Positions 40,087-49,484 of a DNA stretch of 64,000 nt are shown here, one piece after another. Made by a program: the position numbers and the translations under genes. The notes under the pieces are model-generated. The model had not been told where the DNA came from, did not search any database, and saw only the letters and a list, made by a program, of their open reading frames with translations. The stretch is from Candidatus Levyibacteriota bacterium (GTDB lineage Bacteria > Patescibacteriota > Microgenomatia > Levybacterales > UBA12049). The stretch's first letter is position 1, and each line of letters begins with the position of its first letter. The DNA lies in NCBI GenBank assembly GCA_016214555.1, contig JACROF010000003.1, positions 930 through 64,929 on the forward strand, in the 5' to 3' direction.

Positions 40087-40208
40087 ACTCCTATCAATGC
40101 TAGTTGACAGAGAGCTTTCTAGGCATAAGATTGCCTACAAAGCCCGCTACCATATGTAGCTATAGAAATAGAGCCTAAAGATCACTCTTTAGGCTCTAAA
40201 GAGAAATA

Positions 40209-40922
40209 CTAACAAACTAATTGAGTCGAATAGAACATCTTGATGATCATATCCTCATCATTGGTAGTCGAGACAAAGCCAGGAATGTTCCTGATGGCAG
40301 AATGCCCACCTGGCCCAACTAAATAGGCAATACCAATGACAACGTCAAACAACCTCTCCTCTTCAGGTTGTTTTTCTAACAAATCAATCATGGTTTTAGG
40401 ATGCATGTAAAAAATACTATATTGAACTTCCTCACCATCATGCAGTCGACATGCATCCTCAATAAGCTGAGGATTCATGTCGCCCAAAAGCGAAAGGCCA
40501 ATTTCATCCTGATTGTCAGCATGACTAAAGAAAAAAGTGAGAGTTCCTGAAAGACCTTCAGAAAATGAAAGGGAGGTAGCTTTGAGCAGCTCAGGATCAA
40601 ATCCTATTACCTCGCCTACTGACAGAATCACCTCAAGATTATCATTAATCAACACCGGACTCTCATCGTGCTCCACTCTCAACGTAACTGGGAAATTGAA
40701 AGGATTCTCAAATATAAATAGTGGAATATCATGCACGACAAAAAAAGGAGCACTTACCAAAGGTGACTTGAATATCTGGTATTCGCTTCCATCATTATCA
40801 TATGACCTCACTGTATAGAGATCCTCACTCGATGGGCTTGTTCCAAGGTGTGGGCTGCTATGAACTAAAATACGTGGAACAGCAAGGAGCGGAGATACTT
40901 GAGATGGAATCCAGTTAAACAT
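40209..40922 (-). CDS. Hypothetical protein, paralog array member 3
   Basis: AAGGAGG SD; FENP..V.LRVEH...VGEVI...LL...GTLTFFF. Confidence 0.7.
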   Translation of the reverse strand: MFNWIPSQVSPLLAVPRILVHSSPHLGTSPSSEDLYTVRSYDNDGSEYQIFKSPLVSAPFFVVHDIPLFIFENPFNFPVTLRVEHDESPVLINDNLEVILSVGEVIGFDPELLKATSLSFSEGLSGTLTFFFSHADNQDEIGLSLLGDMNPQLIEDACRLHDGEEVQYSIFYMHPKTMIDLLEKQPEEERLFDVVIGIAYLVGPGGHSAIRNIPGFVSTTNDEDMIIKMFYSTQLVC

Positions 40923-41066
40923 AACATCGGCCTCCTTCTTGGTAGACTCTATGCCTCAACTCTTGTTAATGTGCCAAACTGGTTTTTATTATAACAAAAA
41001 GCTGTTTGACACCTCAACTATAGGATCGGTAAAAGAAAACCCGACCCTAAAAGGGCCGGGTAGTAA

Positions 41067-41651
41067 TTACAGCTCATGAAGTTCTGAAATGAGCGGGGCG
41101 ATTGCAGCTGCAAAATCATTGCGAAGCTTGGCTAGATACAACTCGTTAAGATATGTAATCGTCACATCAACTGAGTCGTATATCCCTTCGTGGAAATGAG
41201 CTGCAATGAACACTTTCGCACCCGCAGCCGGATCATCAACTGTGCCTGTCAGAGCAAAACACTGCTCGATATGCCTCTCTGCCACCTCAAGGGCACTTTC
41301 GAAATCTTCCCTGTTGATCCGAGGTCGGAATGAAAAAGTCACATCCCCGTGGTAGTATCCTCGTTGACCAGACTCTGGAACAAGCTGCTCGCTTAGCACT
41401 CCTACAATCGCATGTGGAGCGATATCTTCATATTTTTCAACTTCGGTTCCATTATGAAGAACCACTACATCTGTTTGATGCTTCTTGATAGGATTTGGCA
41501 ATGCAAGAGTAGGCGTCTGGCCAGGTGGTACAATGACAACTAGTCTCGAACCGACTTCTACGTCTGGAATAACGAGAACATCCCTACTCTCCCCATCCAC
41601 TTCAGCAATAATGCCTAACGTATCAAAAACATCTCCATCGACACTGATCAT
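41067..41651 (-). CDS. Hypothetical protein, paralog array member 2
   Basis: GAGGAG SD; LPNP...VVVLHNG...IAPHAIV...YHGDVTFSFRPRIN. Confidence 0.75.
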   Translation of the reverse strand: MISVDGDVFDTLGIIAEVDGESRDVLVIPDVEVGSRLVVIVPPGQTPTLALPNPIKKHQTDVVVLHNGTEVEKYEDIAPHAIVGVLSEQLVPESGQRGYYHGDVTFSFRPRINREDFESALEVAERHIEQCFALTGTVDDPAAGAKVFIAAHFHEGIYDSVDVTITYLNELYLAKLRNDFAAAIAPLISELHEL

Positions 41652-41788
41652 GAACTTCTCCTCTTTTGATCTTTATCAGATCGGACATCGATCTGACACC
41701 TTCTTATAAATGAGCCTGATGATGATAGCATATTTTTAACAAAAAACCAAAAAAAATCCCGACCCCATGGTGGGATCGGGACGCAAAA

Positions 41789-42439
41789 TTACCAAACAAA
41801 CATGGAAGCGGGACCAGTAAAGCTAAAAGGCGGATCGCCTGGTAGCTTGAGTTTTTCTTTGAGAAGCTTTACATACTCTTCGTATGTGAGATATGTTACC
41901 TCGATGCTTATGCCATAGACCTCAACTTCACAAATACGCTTGATTTCCTGTTTTAGATCTATGAGGTGTAAGACACCAAGGGTCTCGTAATATGACTCAA
42001 GAGCAGCCTCAAGAATCGTATGCTGACGAGAAAGTGCTGCTTCGTTGACATGAGGCTTAAACGTGAAAAGAATCTTCCCTGAGTAGGGATTTTTACTCTC
42101 GCCACTTGATCGCTTGTCTTTCATAAGCATCCCAGGAGTAATCACAACTATATCTCCCGGGGTGACACTCTCTCTCTCAAAAATCACAATGCCATTATGT
42201 CTTACCTCAACACTACAAGTCTTGAGCGTTGGATTGAAAAGCTCAATTTCTGGAACCTCTTGATCTCCTACAATAATTGCAGGCATCTGACTCGGAGGCT
42301 TGTCTGGATCAAGACAAAGAATTGCTACTTCCTCACCCCCAACCGTCGCACCTATGGTGATGAGCCGCTGACAGAGAGCCAGAAATGGCAATCCATTTGC
42401 CTTAAGATATTCACCCTGTTCATAAGGAGACATCAACAT
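41789..42439 (-). CDS. Hypothetical protein, paralog array member 1
   Basis: GGAGG SD before ATG at 42439; LFNP...VEVRHNG...VTPGDIVVIT...YSGKILFTFKPHVN. Confidence 0.75.
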   Translation of the reverse strand: MLMSPYEQGEYLKANGLPFLALCQRLITIGATVGGEEVAILCLDPDKPPSQMPAIIVGDQEVPEIELFNPTLKTCSVEVRHNGIVIFERESVTPGDIVVITPGMLMKDKRSSGESKNPYSGKILFTFKPHVNEAALSRQHTILEAALESYYETLGVLHLIDLKQEIKRICEVEVYGISIEVTYLTYEEYVKLLKEKLKLPGDPPFSFTGPASMFVW

Positions 42440-42616
42440 GATTTCCTCCAATACGCTGCTATATCAGATCGACAATCGACCTGAATCATTGTAAATGAGC
42501 TTGGAAAGTATAACATAATATTACTATAAGTTAAAGTTTAGATAAAAAACCAAAAAAAATCCCGACCCCCTTTCGAGGGCCGGGTGCGTCCCGATATATC
42601 GGGACAGAAATGCAAG

Positions 42617-42838
42617 TTAGTCGTCGTCGCCGAAATCATCGCCATCATGGCGATCCGGCTGCCAAGCCCCAGAGCGCGGCTTGTTGCGATACAACCAAGC
42701 GTTTCTGCAGACTTCAAGCTGAAGAGAGTCACCGCGTTGACGAAGCTGCCTGAGGGCATCTTCGTGCGCGCTCCTTGACATCCGAATGTAATCATCCTCT
42801 GTGAGAGAATGACCACTGTTGAACGAATGCAAGTCCAT
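42617..42838 (-). CDS. Small hypothetical protein (73 aa)
   Basis: AAGGGGG SD; terminator follows at ~42553-42585. Confidence 0.6.
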   Translation of the reverse strand: MDLHSFNSGHSLTEDDYIRMSRSAHEDALRQLRQRGDSLQLEVCRNAWLYRNKPRSGAWQPDRHDGDDFGDDD

Positions 42839-42872
42839 ACTTCCCCCTTTTTGGGCTAGATCGACACGGAGA

Positions 42873-43070
42873 CTACGGCTTCATCGCCGCCTCAGCGGCA
42901 CGCTGGTAGTTTGGAAACCAGATCGTACCGGCGTAGCTTTCCAAAGCCGTTTTGATCAGGCTCGGATTGCTCCGGAAAGTCTCAACAAGAGAGGCGAATG
43001 CCTCGCTTGGTTTCATTCGCCTGGTCCTTCTTCCAGACGTGCGACATGAAAAACCTTTATCGATCCTCAT
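42873..43070 (-). CDS. Small hypothetical protein (65 aa)
   Basis: AGGAGG SD. Confidence 0.6.
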   Translation of the reverse strand: MRIDKGFSCRTSGRRTRRMKPSEAFASLVETFRSNPSLIKTALESYAGTIWFPNYQRAAEAAMKP

Positions 43071-43155
43071 ATCCCCTCCTGCTTTTTACTTGCACCGTTG
43101 CAAGCCTGCAAAAAGAAGAGCCAGGGAGCGCAGAAGCGCTCCCTGGCTGTAACCG

Positions 43156-43335
43156 CTACTTGCGGCCGGAAGACTGCGACGTCTGAGACTGCGGCGAACT
43201 ACCGCTCGCTGCCGCATTTGCTGCGGCAAGCATTCGCCCTTCGGCGATTCGATCGAGCCTGATCTGTCCGCGTCCGATTGGACGCAGGCCAAACGGCGAC
43301 TGATCCCGAACGGAATGATAGCTCTGTCCAGACAT
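43156..43335 (-). CDS. Small hypothetical protein (59 aa), absent from the ORF track
   Basis: GAGGAGG SD; MSGQSYHSVRDQSPFGLRPIGRGQIRLDRIAEGRMLAAANAAASGSSPQSQTSQSSGRK; GC hairpin at 43119-43148 downstream. Confidence 0.6.
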   Translation of the reverse strand: MSGQSYHSVRDQSPFGLRPIGRGQIRLDRIAEGRMLAAANAAASGSSPQSQTSQSSGRK

Positions 43336-43389
43336 ATGTCCTCCTCGTCACGCTGCAGTGGACTCCCAGTGGAGACCACGCCCTCAAGA

Positions 43390-43578
43390 CTACTGTGCTA
43401 GCCACGAAGTTTGTTGCTCCGTGAGCCTACCCAAAATAGCCTCATTACTCCCTGAAAAGAATATGTCTGCGTTTGGGTCATTAAAAACCCAGTCGCGAAA
43501 TGAATCGCGCATCACAGACTCCGCCTCATCCGGCGGTGGCAATCCTCTTATCGTGACAATATTGTCTAAAAAAAGAAT
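43390..43578 (-). CDS. Possible small protein (62 aa) with ATT start
   Basis: AAGGAGG SD correctly spaced to an in-frame ATT; open frame ILFLDNIVTIRGLPPPDEAESVMRDSFRDW... Confidence 0.4.
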   Translation of the reverse strand: MLFLDNIVTIRGLPPPDEAESVMRDSFRDWVFNDPNADIFFSGSNEAILGRLTEQQTSWLAQ

Positions 43579-43863
43579 GTTTTGCCCTCCTTTCTGGACA
43601 AAGAGAAAGCGTTGGTGTCGTTGGTCAGCAGGTGAACAATAGACCTTTCGGACTTATTGATGCAAAAAATTATGCTGAGCTGACCAACGACCACAAAACC
43701 TGAACCATCAGGACTTATGGTCGCTGATCAGACAAACCAACAGACGACTAATTTGTAAAAGAACTCTTATGAATTCCTTATTTCATAACTCTCTAAAGAG
43801 AGCTTTGAAATAAGGGCGGTCCGACGAATCGGACACGCCCAAGAATAGAGCTGAAGCCTTGTA

Positions 43864-44358
43864 TCAGCAATGAATCACAACGACACTCTCAGTGGTGAGT
43901 AGCCTGATAGGCTCCCGAAGCTGATGAGCTGCCGTGGTAACGATGAACGTCACCTGACGAACATGCTTTGTTACCCGAATCTCAGGCAAAACACGCTCGT
44001 TTTCCAAAAGCAAGACGTCTTCAGTGACCGTCACGGTGAACACCGCGACCTCATGGTTGCTCTCGACTCGAATCGGAATTCCGTTGAACACCCTGGGTTC
44101 TCGCGGTCGAGCATAGCCCGTATCAGGAATGATACCAGAGCCGTGCTTGTCAATTACGACGAAGACCGATTGGTCTCGAACATTCCAAACGCCAATCGCG
44201 TGCAGCTGATCCCTAGGGACCGTGACTAGATAGATTTCCTCGTTAGCATTGTTTGGATCATCGATGGGAATCATCGCTCTCGGCGATCCTTCGCCTTGAG
44301 CAAAAAAGATTCCAATCGAGACTCCGTTATCAGAACGATTACTAAACCCGGAGGACAT
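43864..44358 (-). CDS. Hypothetical beta-rich protein, possibly a distant paralog array member
   Basis: AAGGGAG SD; VTVP.DQ...I.V.N resembles VIVP.GQ...L.L.N. Confidence 0.65.
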   Translation of the reverse strand: MSSGFSNRSDNGVSIGIFFAQGEGSPRAMIPIDDPNNANEEIYLVTVPRDQLHAIGVWNVRDQSVFVVIDKHGSGIIPDTGYARPREPRVFNGIPIRVESNHEVAVFTVTVTEDVLLLENERVLPEIRVTKHVRQVTFIVTTAAHQLREPIRLLTTESVVVIHC

Positions 44359-44604
44359 ACCAGTGCTCCCTTCGTTGCTACAAACAAGGTGGCTAACGCC
44401 CTTTTGGACAGATCAAAAGGCCATTAGCCATATATTCAGAACTATTAATGTGCAATTACAGCACAAGCTGTAAATAGGTCGTAAGTATAGCATATTTTAT
44501 ATCTAAAATCAACTATAGGATGTTTGCCGAGAGGCATTTGAGCTCACTTCCAAAGGGAAATGAAGTCCAAATGACCTCCCGGCTTGCCTCATTTGAGGCT
44601 GCTA

Positions 44605-45423
44605 CTAAAAGGTAGCATGAGAAAAAAATGCGCCATCAGCGCCATCAAGATTGTTGTGAGCGTGAGTTCGTCGCAACTTTAACACTTTGCCTACATAGGC
44701 GATTTGTTGCCGCACGAGCAAAAAGGTATGTAGGTCCTTACAAGAACTCAGACCTTTCTGTGCAGCCGCACTGAAGACCCTAAGATCTGCGGTGGTGCGA
44801 CCTCTCAAGCAAAGCTTTTCCTGATCGCTCAGCTCAGGAAGACGCCCTCCCTTCAGGTGGTAAAGGAAAGCCTGTGCTCCAAGACTTGAGGCATACACGA
44901 TCGTATTCGATCGTTGAGGCTGATCCACCACACCATCAGCAATCAACTCGCCAATGAGGTCGTTGGTTGTGAGGCCAAGGTACGAACGCGCATTGGCCTC
45001 AGAGCCCAAGATAGCACAAAGTCGGGAATTCCGACCTTCAATACCTTCCAGGCTCTCGCTCTGGAGAAGACGAACTATCTCCCCCGGATACGAAATGAGG
45101 TTGCAAAAACCAAGACTATAGCTACCAAGGTCTCCAAGGGAGACCTGAGAGCATCGATCCGGGCTGCAAAGAGCAAAACGATGTGTTCCCTTTTGAGGAA
45201 CGTATGTCGGCGAACATGGTGCACTTGCCGACGATTGCTTCCCCAACGCTGCGCTATTTTGGAAGCACAAAGCTGCGCCCCCAGATTTTTTCACGTCAAC
45301 TATGACAACCGGACTTCGACGAGGATTTGACACCTCCCATACCGAAAGCCCGTTGAGTGTTTCATGGTGTTTTGCCTCCCCTGATGCGAACCGAATGTCT
45401 ACTCCGGGTACCAAACAGTTCAT
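44605..45423 (-). CDS. Hypothetical protein
   Basis: AAGGTGG SD before MNCLVPG. Confidence 0.65.
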   Translation of the reverse strand: MNCLVPGVDIRFASGEAKHHETLNGLSVWEVSNPRRSPVVIVDVKKSGGAALCFQNSAALGKQSSASAPCSPTYVPQKGTHRFALCSPDRCSQVSLGDLGSYSLGFCNLISYPGEIVRLLQSESLEGIEGRNSRLCAILGSEANARSYLGLTTNDLIGELIADGVVDQPQRSNTIVYASSLGAQAFLYHLKGGRLPELSDQEKLCLRGRTTADLRVFSAAAQKGLSSCKDLHTFLLVRQQIAYVGKVLKLRRTHAHNNLDGADGAFFSHATF

Positions 45424-45671
45424 TTTTCCACCTTTCAGGACGGATAAGCCTCCCGTCAAACAGTCTAGCTCAGAAATTTCTTTTTCTGAAAACTCCTTTC
45501 TCTATAAAAGTGAGCTGACTGTCGACTCGCTCTCTACAAAATAAAGAGGGAGCCAACAACCAGATACACAAAACTGTTCTCAAGGCATTCTTTTTGTATT
45601 AATGTGCTAAAGGATAGTGATTGTAAAACAAAAATCAAGCCTACGTCAACAGATGCCTTGTGTGAGACACA

Positions 45672-46553
45672 CTAAACAGTCCTGTGATATTCGGCTTGAT
45701 GATCTTTAATAATGCTATCAACATCGGGATTGTTCATATGAGTTTTGATAAATGCCAATGTCTCTTTCGGATTTTGAGTGTTCACAAAAACATTAGTTCC
45801 TACTTCAAATCCACCTAACGTCTTTTGACGAGGAATGATCCTTAGATACCAATCTCCTCCCGGATAAATATAAAAATTATAAGGAAAATCGCTATTGTAA
45901 CGAAGGTTAAAAATAGTAATAAGTGATGAGAGGACACCTGCAGCATCTGAAAGCTCGTCATCCGTGACCTCTCCAAATAATCTACCCGACTTTTTAGGAG
46001 CGATCCACACTTCATCTGGCCATACCGAATCAGATGGACAAAAAACGCTAAAATGCTGTGACTGATAACCGGTCGGCATATCATGTACCACTGTTTGAAG
46101 TCGAGGAATATCTAAATAAACCTTTTCAGGAATCACTGCAATTTGCGTATGAGAATGAGGAATACTCTCTCCTGCTTTTTCTCCGTGATTGTGAAAAATA
46201 TATACCTGACCTGCGTGACTATGCTCATTATAGCGATGGCGATATGTCTGGAGTATTCGCTGTGTATGCTCAACGGGAAAAGCGTCAAAGGACACATGGT
46301 GATCTGGAGTATCAATCACTAATTCATGAATTGGCGCAAAAGGAAATTTATTGGGAACAACGCGTACTTCCCATGCATCATCTCCAGTCTTCCCTCCAAT
46401 CCGATAGAGTTCTGTTTCATTACTTTCCCTACCAGGACAAAAAGGACACGCAGGCTCAGTTCCGTTGGCGACATCGGGTCTTTTTGCTCTTCTAGGGGCT
46501 GAGATCACCCATTTTTTAGATTGCTGATTTTTTAGAAATTGAAACTCGTCCAT
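45672..46553 (-). CDS. galT: Galactose-1-phosphate uridylyltransferase (GalT/HIT family)
   Basis: RAKRP, CPFCPG.E, VVPNKFP, AGESIPHSHTQI. Confidence 0.85.
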   Translation of the reverse strand: MDEFQFLKNQQSKKWVISAPRRAKRPDVANGTEPACPFCPGRESNETELYRIGGKTGDDAWEVRVVPNKFPFAPIHELVIDTPDHHVSFDAFPVEHTQRILQTYRHRYNEHSHAGQVYIFHNHGEKAGESIPHSHTQIAVIPEKVYLDIPRLQTVVHDMPTGYQSQHFSVFCPSDSVWPDEVWIAPKKSGRLFGEVTDDELSDAAGVLSSLITIFNLRYNSDFPYNFYIYPGGDWYLRIIPRQKTLGGFEVGTNVFVNTQNPKETLAFIKTHMNNPDVDSIIKDHQAEYHRTV

Positions 46554-46637
46554 ATTCTTAGTATCAGATAAATTTATGTAAAGTGCAATAAAAAAGACTA
46601 GTAAAAGCTAGTCTTTTTTTAGCCTTAATTATGAAGT

Positions 46638-46937
46638 TTATTTTTTCTTATAAAGTCTATCCAGTCTTAAAAGACGAACTCCAAAATAAACAACCAAAGC
46701 AATAACAAGAAAATCAATCGTGGTGCTAATAAAACTCCCCCACATAATTTTTGATGAGCCAAGCTTGATATATGCATCGTCAAGATTTCCTGCAAAACCC
46801 AAAACAACGCCCAAAAGAGGATTAATAATATCAGTAACTAATGATGCTACTACCTTTGAAACTGCACCTCCTAAGATAAATCCAACCGCCAAGCCAATAA
46901 CGCCTTGTTCGCGTATAAATTCAATAAATCCTTTCAT
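46638..46937 (-). CDS. mscL: Large-conductance mechanosensitive channel family protein
   Basis: FIEFI...VIGLAVGFILGGA...SLVTDIINP, WGSFI. Confidence 0.92.
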   Translation of the reverse strand: MKGFIEFIREQGVIGLAVGFILGGAVSKVVASLVTDIINPLLGVVLGFAGNLDDAYIKLGSSKIMWGSFISTTIDFLVIALVVYFGVRLLRLDRLYKKK

Positions 46938-46966
46938 ATGACACCTCCTTCCTATTACAGTATATC

Positions 46967-47953
46967 TTAATTCCGTTTTTGAAGCTCAAGGTGAACAGTA
47001 GACGAAATATCTCTAATAACACTAGATAATTCTGTAAAATCTTTCCCTCGCGTCATGATACAAAGAAGATACGGATTATTTGGTATATAAACGATACCAC
47101 AGTCATGAAGCTGCTTGATTGATGCTGAGATTTCGCGTTCTCCCATCTTATGGGCAACAACAACATCTTTCCCAACCCCTGCAACAATACCACTTTTAAA
47201 ATCCGAGTTGCTTAATAACTTCAAAGCCTTTTCGGAATACTCCTGATTAAGATAGGATGCATTAAAAAGCACCCTAAAAAGACCCGAATAATCCTTAACT
47301 GTCATAAAATCCACGAGAGCGCTATTCTCCGTTGGCGTTACTATACCAAGATCAATGGTGACCTTGTTTATTAATTCTTCTGAGATATTTTCTGACAACA
47401 ACACCAAGGCTTGATTGTCTGAATATACGATCATTCGCTCAAGAAGCTCCTCAACGGTATAGCTTTTCCCCTCTTCAAGAGCCATTTTGGGGACAATATC
47501 CTGAGGAATAACATACTTCTTACCTGAAATTGTTATTTTTTGTTTTAAAATTTCTGGCGTTATTTCAGCTTGCTTGTAATATGCCATAAGAACAGGAAGC
47601 TTCAGAAGACTAGCTGGAGAAAAATCCATTTTTTCATTGATACCAAACCACGGTCCATTATTTAAATCTCTATAGTAGATAGCTACATCAACGACTTTCC
47701 CTTGATTTTTTAGTTTTGCAATCAAATTTTGTAATTTATCATCAAGAATATTCAAGCCCCTACCCGTAAATTGCGCAATATTACACTCAAGAAGCGGATT
47801 GATGAACGAAAAACCTTTTCCAAGTCTTGATTCATAAGTAACGCTATGATCAATTGTCTCTTTTATGTCCTGCAAAAAGAGATACTTTCCACAAAATACA
47901 CCTCCCGCAAATAAAAGAACTCCCAAAAGGACTGATAGCAAAATCTTTCTCAT
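46967..47953 (-). CDS. Class A beta-lactamase-related serine hydrolase
   Basis: PASLLK (SxxK), YSDN, HKMG, HDCGIV; N-terminal TM. Confidence 0.88.
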   Translation of the reverse strand: MRKILLSVLLGVLLFAGGVFCGKYLFLQDIKETIDHSVTYESRLGKGFSFINPLLECNIAQFTGRGLNILDDKLQNLIAKLKNQGKVVDVAIYYRDLNNGPWFGINEKMDFSPASLLKLPVLMAYYKQAEITPEILKQKITISGKKYVIPQDIVPKMALEEGKSYTVEELLERMIVYSDNQALVLLSENISEELINKVTIDLGIVTPTENSALVDFMTVKDYSGLFRVLFNASYLNQEYSEKALKLLSNSDFKSGIVAGVGKDVVVAHKMGEREISASIKQLHDCGIVYIPNNPYLLCIMTRGKDFTELSSVIRDISSTVHLELQKRN

Positions 47954-47962
47954 AAAATCATT

Positions 47963-48565
47963 TTACTTTGGATGAGAGCTGTCGTATTCTGTTCCAAGAA
48001 TAATAAGTATTTTTGCCTCAGATGGCGCAGTTTCTTCCTTTGGAAGACTTACTACTTTCCCTCCAACAAAAGTAGCTATCTTTTCTGCAATCGCCTTCTG
48101 CTTGCTATCAATCACAATGACAACCGATGCTTCATAATCGCCCTCGGCATTATCTTTTTGCACGACACTCACTTGATCAAATTTCTTCTCAATGTCAGTC
48201 TCGCCTCGTGCTGCAAGACCCTTTATCTTTGTACCATTGTAGATTGCTAAAGAAACCTTTTCTGCAGTAGTTGGAGTTGTCTCTTGAGGCGTTGGGGACG
48301 ATGATCGTGAAGATGATTTTGAAGCAGCGATTTCAGGACTCTTTGGAGCTTTGATAACCGCACTGTCTGACTTTTTAACGGCGGCCTCAGGTTTGGCTAA
48401 CAACATTTGAGCATGTTTGTATTGTTGAAAAAAGAAAATTGTAGCCAGTAATACTACTGTAACAAAAAGAAAACTACCAACGAGTATGATTGGCCTTGAT
48501 AGCACCGCTTGACCTGTCTGAAGATATTTTTTTGCACTCTCACTTCCGATCCGATTGTTACCCAT
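47963..48565 (-). CDS. LytR C-terminal domain membrane protein
   Basis: TM, low-complexity linker, IYNGT...GLA...NA, ILIILG. Confidence 0.82.
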   Translation of the reverse strand: MGNNRIGSESAKKYLQTGQAVLSRPIILVGSFLFVTVVLLATIFFFQQYKHAQMLLAKPEAAVKKSDSAVIKAPKSPEIAASKSSSRSSSPTPQETTPTTAEKVSLAIYNGTKIKGLAARGETDIEKKFDQVSVVQKDNAEGDYEASVVIVIDSKQKAIAEKIATFVGGKVVSLPKEETAPSEAKILIILGTEYDSSHPK

Positions 48566-48680
48566 GTGTCCGCATATCATACGAAAGGTCATGATGAGTG
48601 TCAAGATAATGGCGATTGAGACCTAAGAAACATTTTGACAAGACATAAAAAACACTCTACCATAATTTGAGAGGATCACT

Positions 48681-49481
48681 ATGCGAAAATATGATGCGTT
48701 CTTTTTTTATTATACCCTTCTCCTTGTCCTAATGCTTTTTGCTGAAGCATTTTTGACGTCGCTTTCTCCCCACTTTGTACTATTACCCTTTGTTCTTCTT
48801 CCTCTTCTCATTTTCTTATGGCTCAACTTAAAAAGGGCTTATGTCAAACAAGAGGTAATAAAGCATGAAAAAATAGATCAAACTGAACCTCTTCCAACAG
48901 ACCGCCCTCATCTCTCAACAAAAACAAAAAGAGGAAGTAAAAATACCATTCTTATTACAACCTCAGCACTAGGCATGCTTACTATCTATGCTGCTCTTGC
49001 ATATCGAGCATTCACACAACCTAGCCTTTCACAACTTCTTGATGAGCAAATTGCAATAACCAAAGAGATTACAGCTGTTAAGGACGAGGTGTCATCGCTT
49101 TATGACATACAAAAAACAAATTCTCTATCAAATGACAATCTCGAACAACTAAAAGAAGAAATAGCAAAATATCAAAAATCAAAACTTTCAGATAAAGAAA
49201 TTTTGTCTATCTTAGGAGCGACAACACAATCAATTTCTTCAAATAGTGCAAATGAAAATACATTATCAAAACAGTCTAAACAGACTTATGTGATGATAAA
49301 AAGTAATCAAGGATCAACGCTTGATGTATATGCTGAGAAGTACTCATCCTCCAAAGTCGTTGGACAAATGAAACAAGGCATTACTTACTCAAGTCCCAAC
49401 CAAGACGGGAACTACTACATGATTGAACTATCTGCCGATGTAAAAGGCTGGGTAAACAGTCAATACCTTAAGGAACTTTAA
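48681..49481 (+). CDS. Membrane protein with coiled coil and C-terminal SH3b-like domain
   Basis: 3 TMs; LDVY...SSSKVVG...YYMI...GWVNSQY. Confidence 0.75.
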   Translation: MRKYDAFFFYYTLLLVLMLFAEAFLTSLSPHFVLLPFVLLPLLIFLWLNLKRAYVKQEVIKHEKIDQTEPLPTDRPHLSTKTKRGSKNTILITTSALGMLTIYAALAYRAFTQPSLSQLLDEQIAITKEITAVKDEVSSLYDIQKTNSLSNDNLEQLKEEIAKYQKSKLSDKEILSILGATTQSISSNSANENTLSKQSKQTYVMIKSNQGSTLDVYAEKYSSSKVVGQMKQGITYSSPNQDGNYYMIELSADVKGWVNSQYLKEL

Positions 49482-49484
49482 TCT

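Noticed and set aside
22800-42590. CRISPR array or integron attC cassettes from the recurring GC hairpins
   Set aside because: No regular repeat-spacer period, no consistent RYYYAAC/GTTRRRY ends, no cas or integrase gene; the hairpins have T tracts typical of terminators
39095-45607. Prophage
   Set aside because: No integrase, terminase, capsid or tail genes; the HTH alone is insufficient
46967-47953. Bona fide antibiotic-resistance beta-lactamase
   Set aside because: SxxK and SDN are present but KTG reads KMG and I see no clear ExxLN omega-loop motif; activity cannot be claimed
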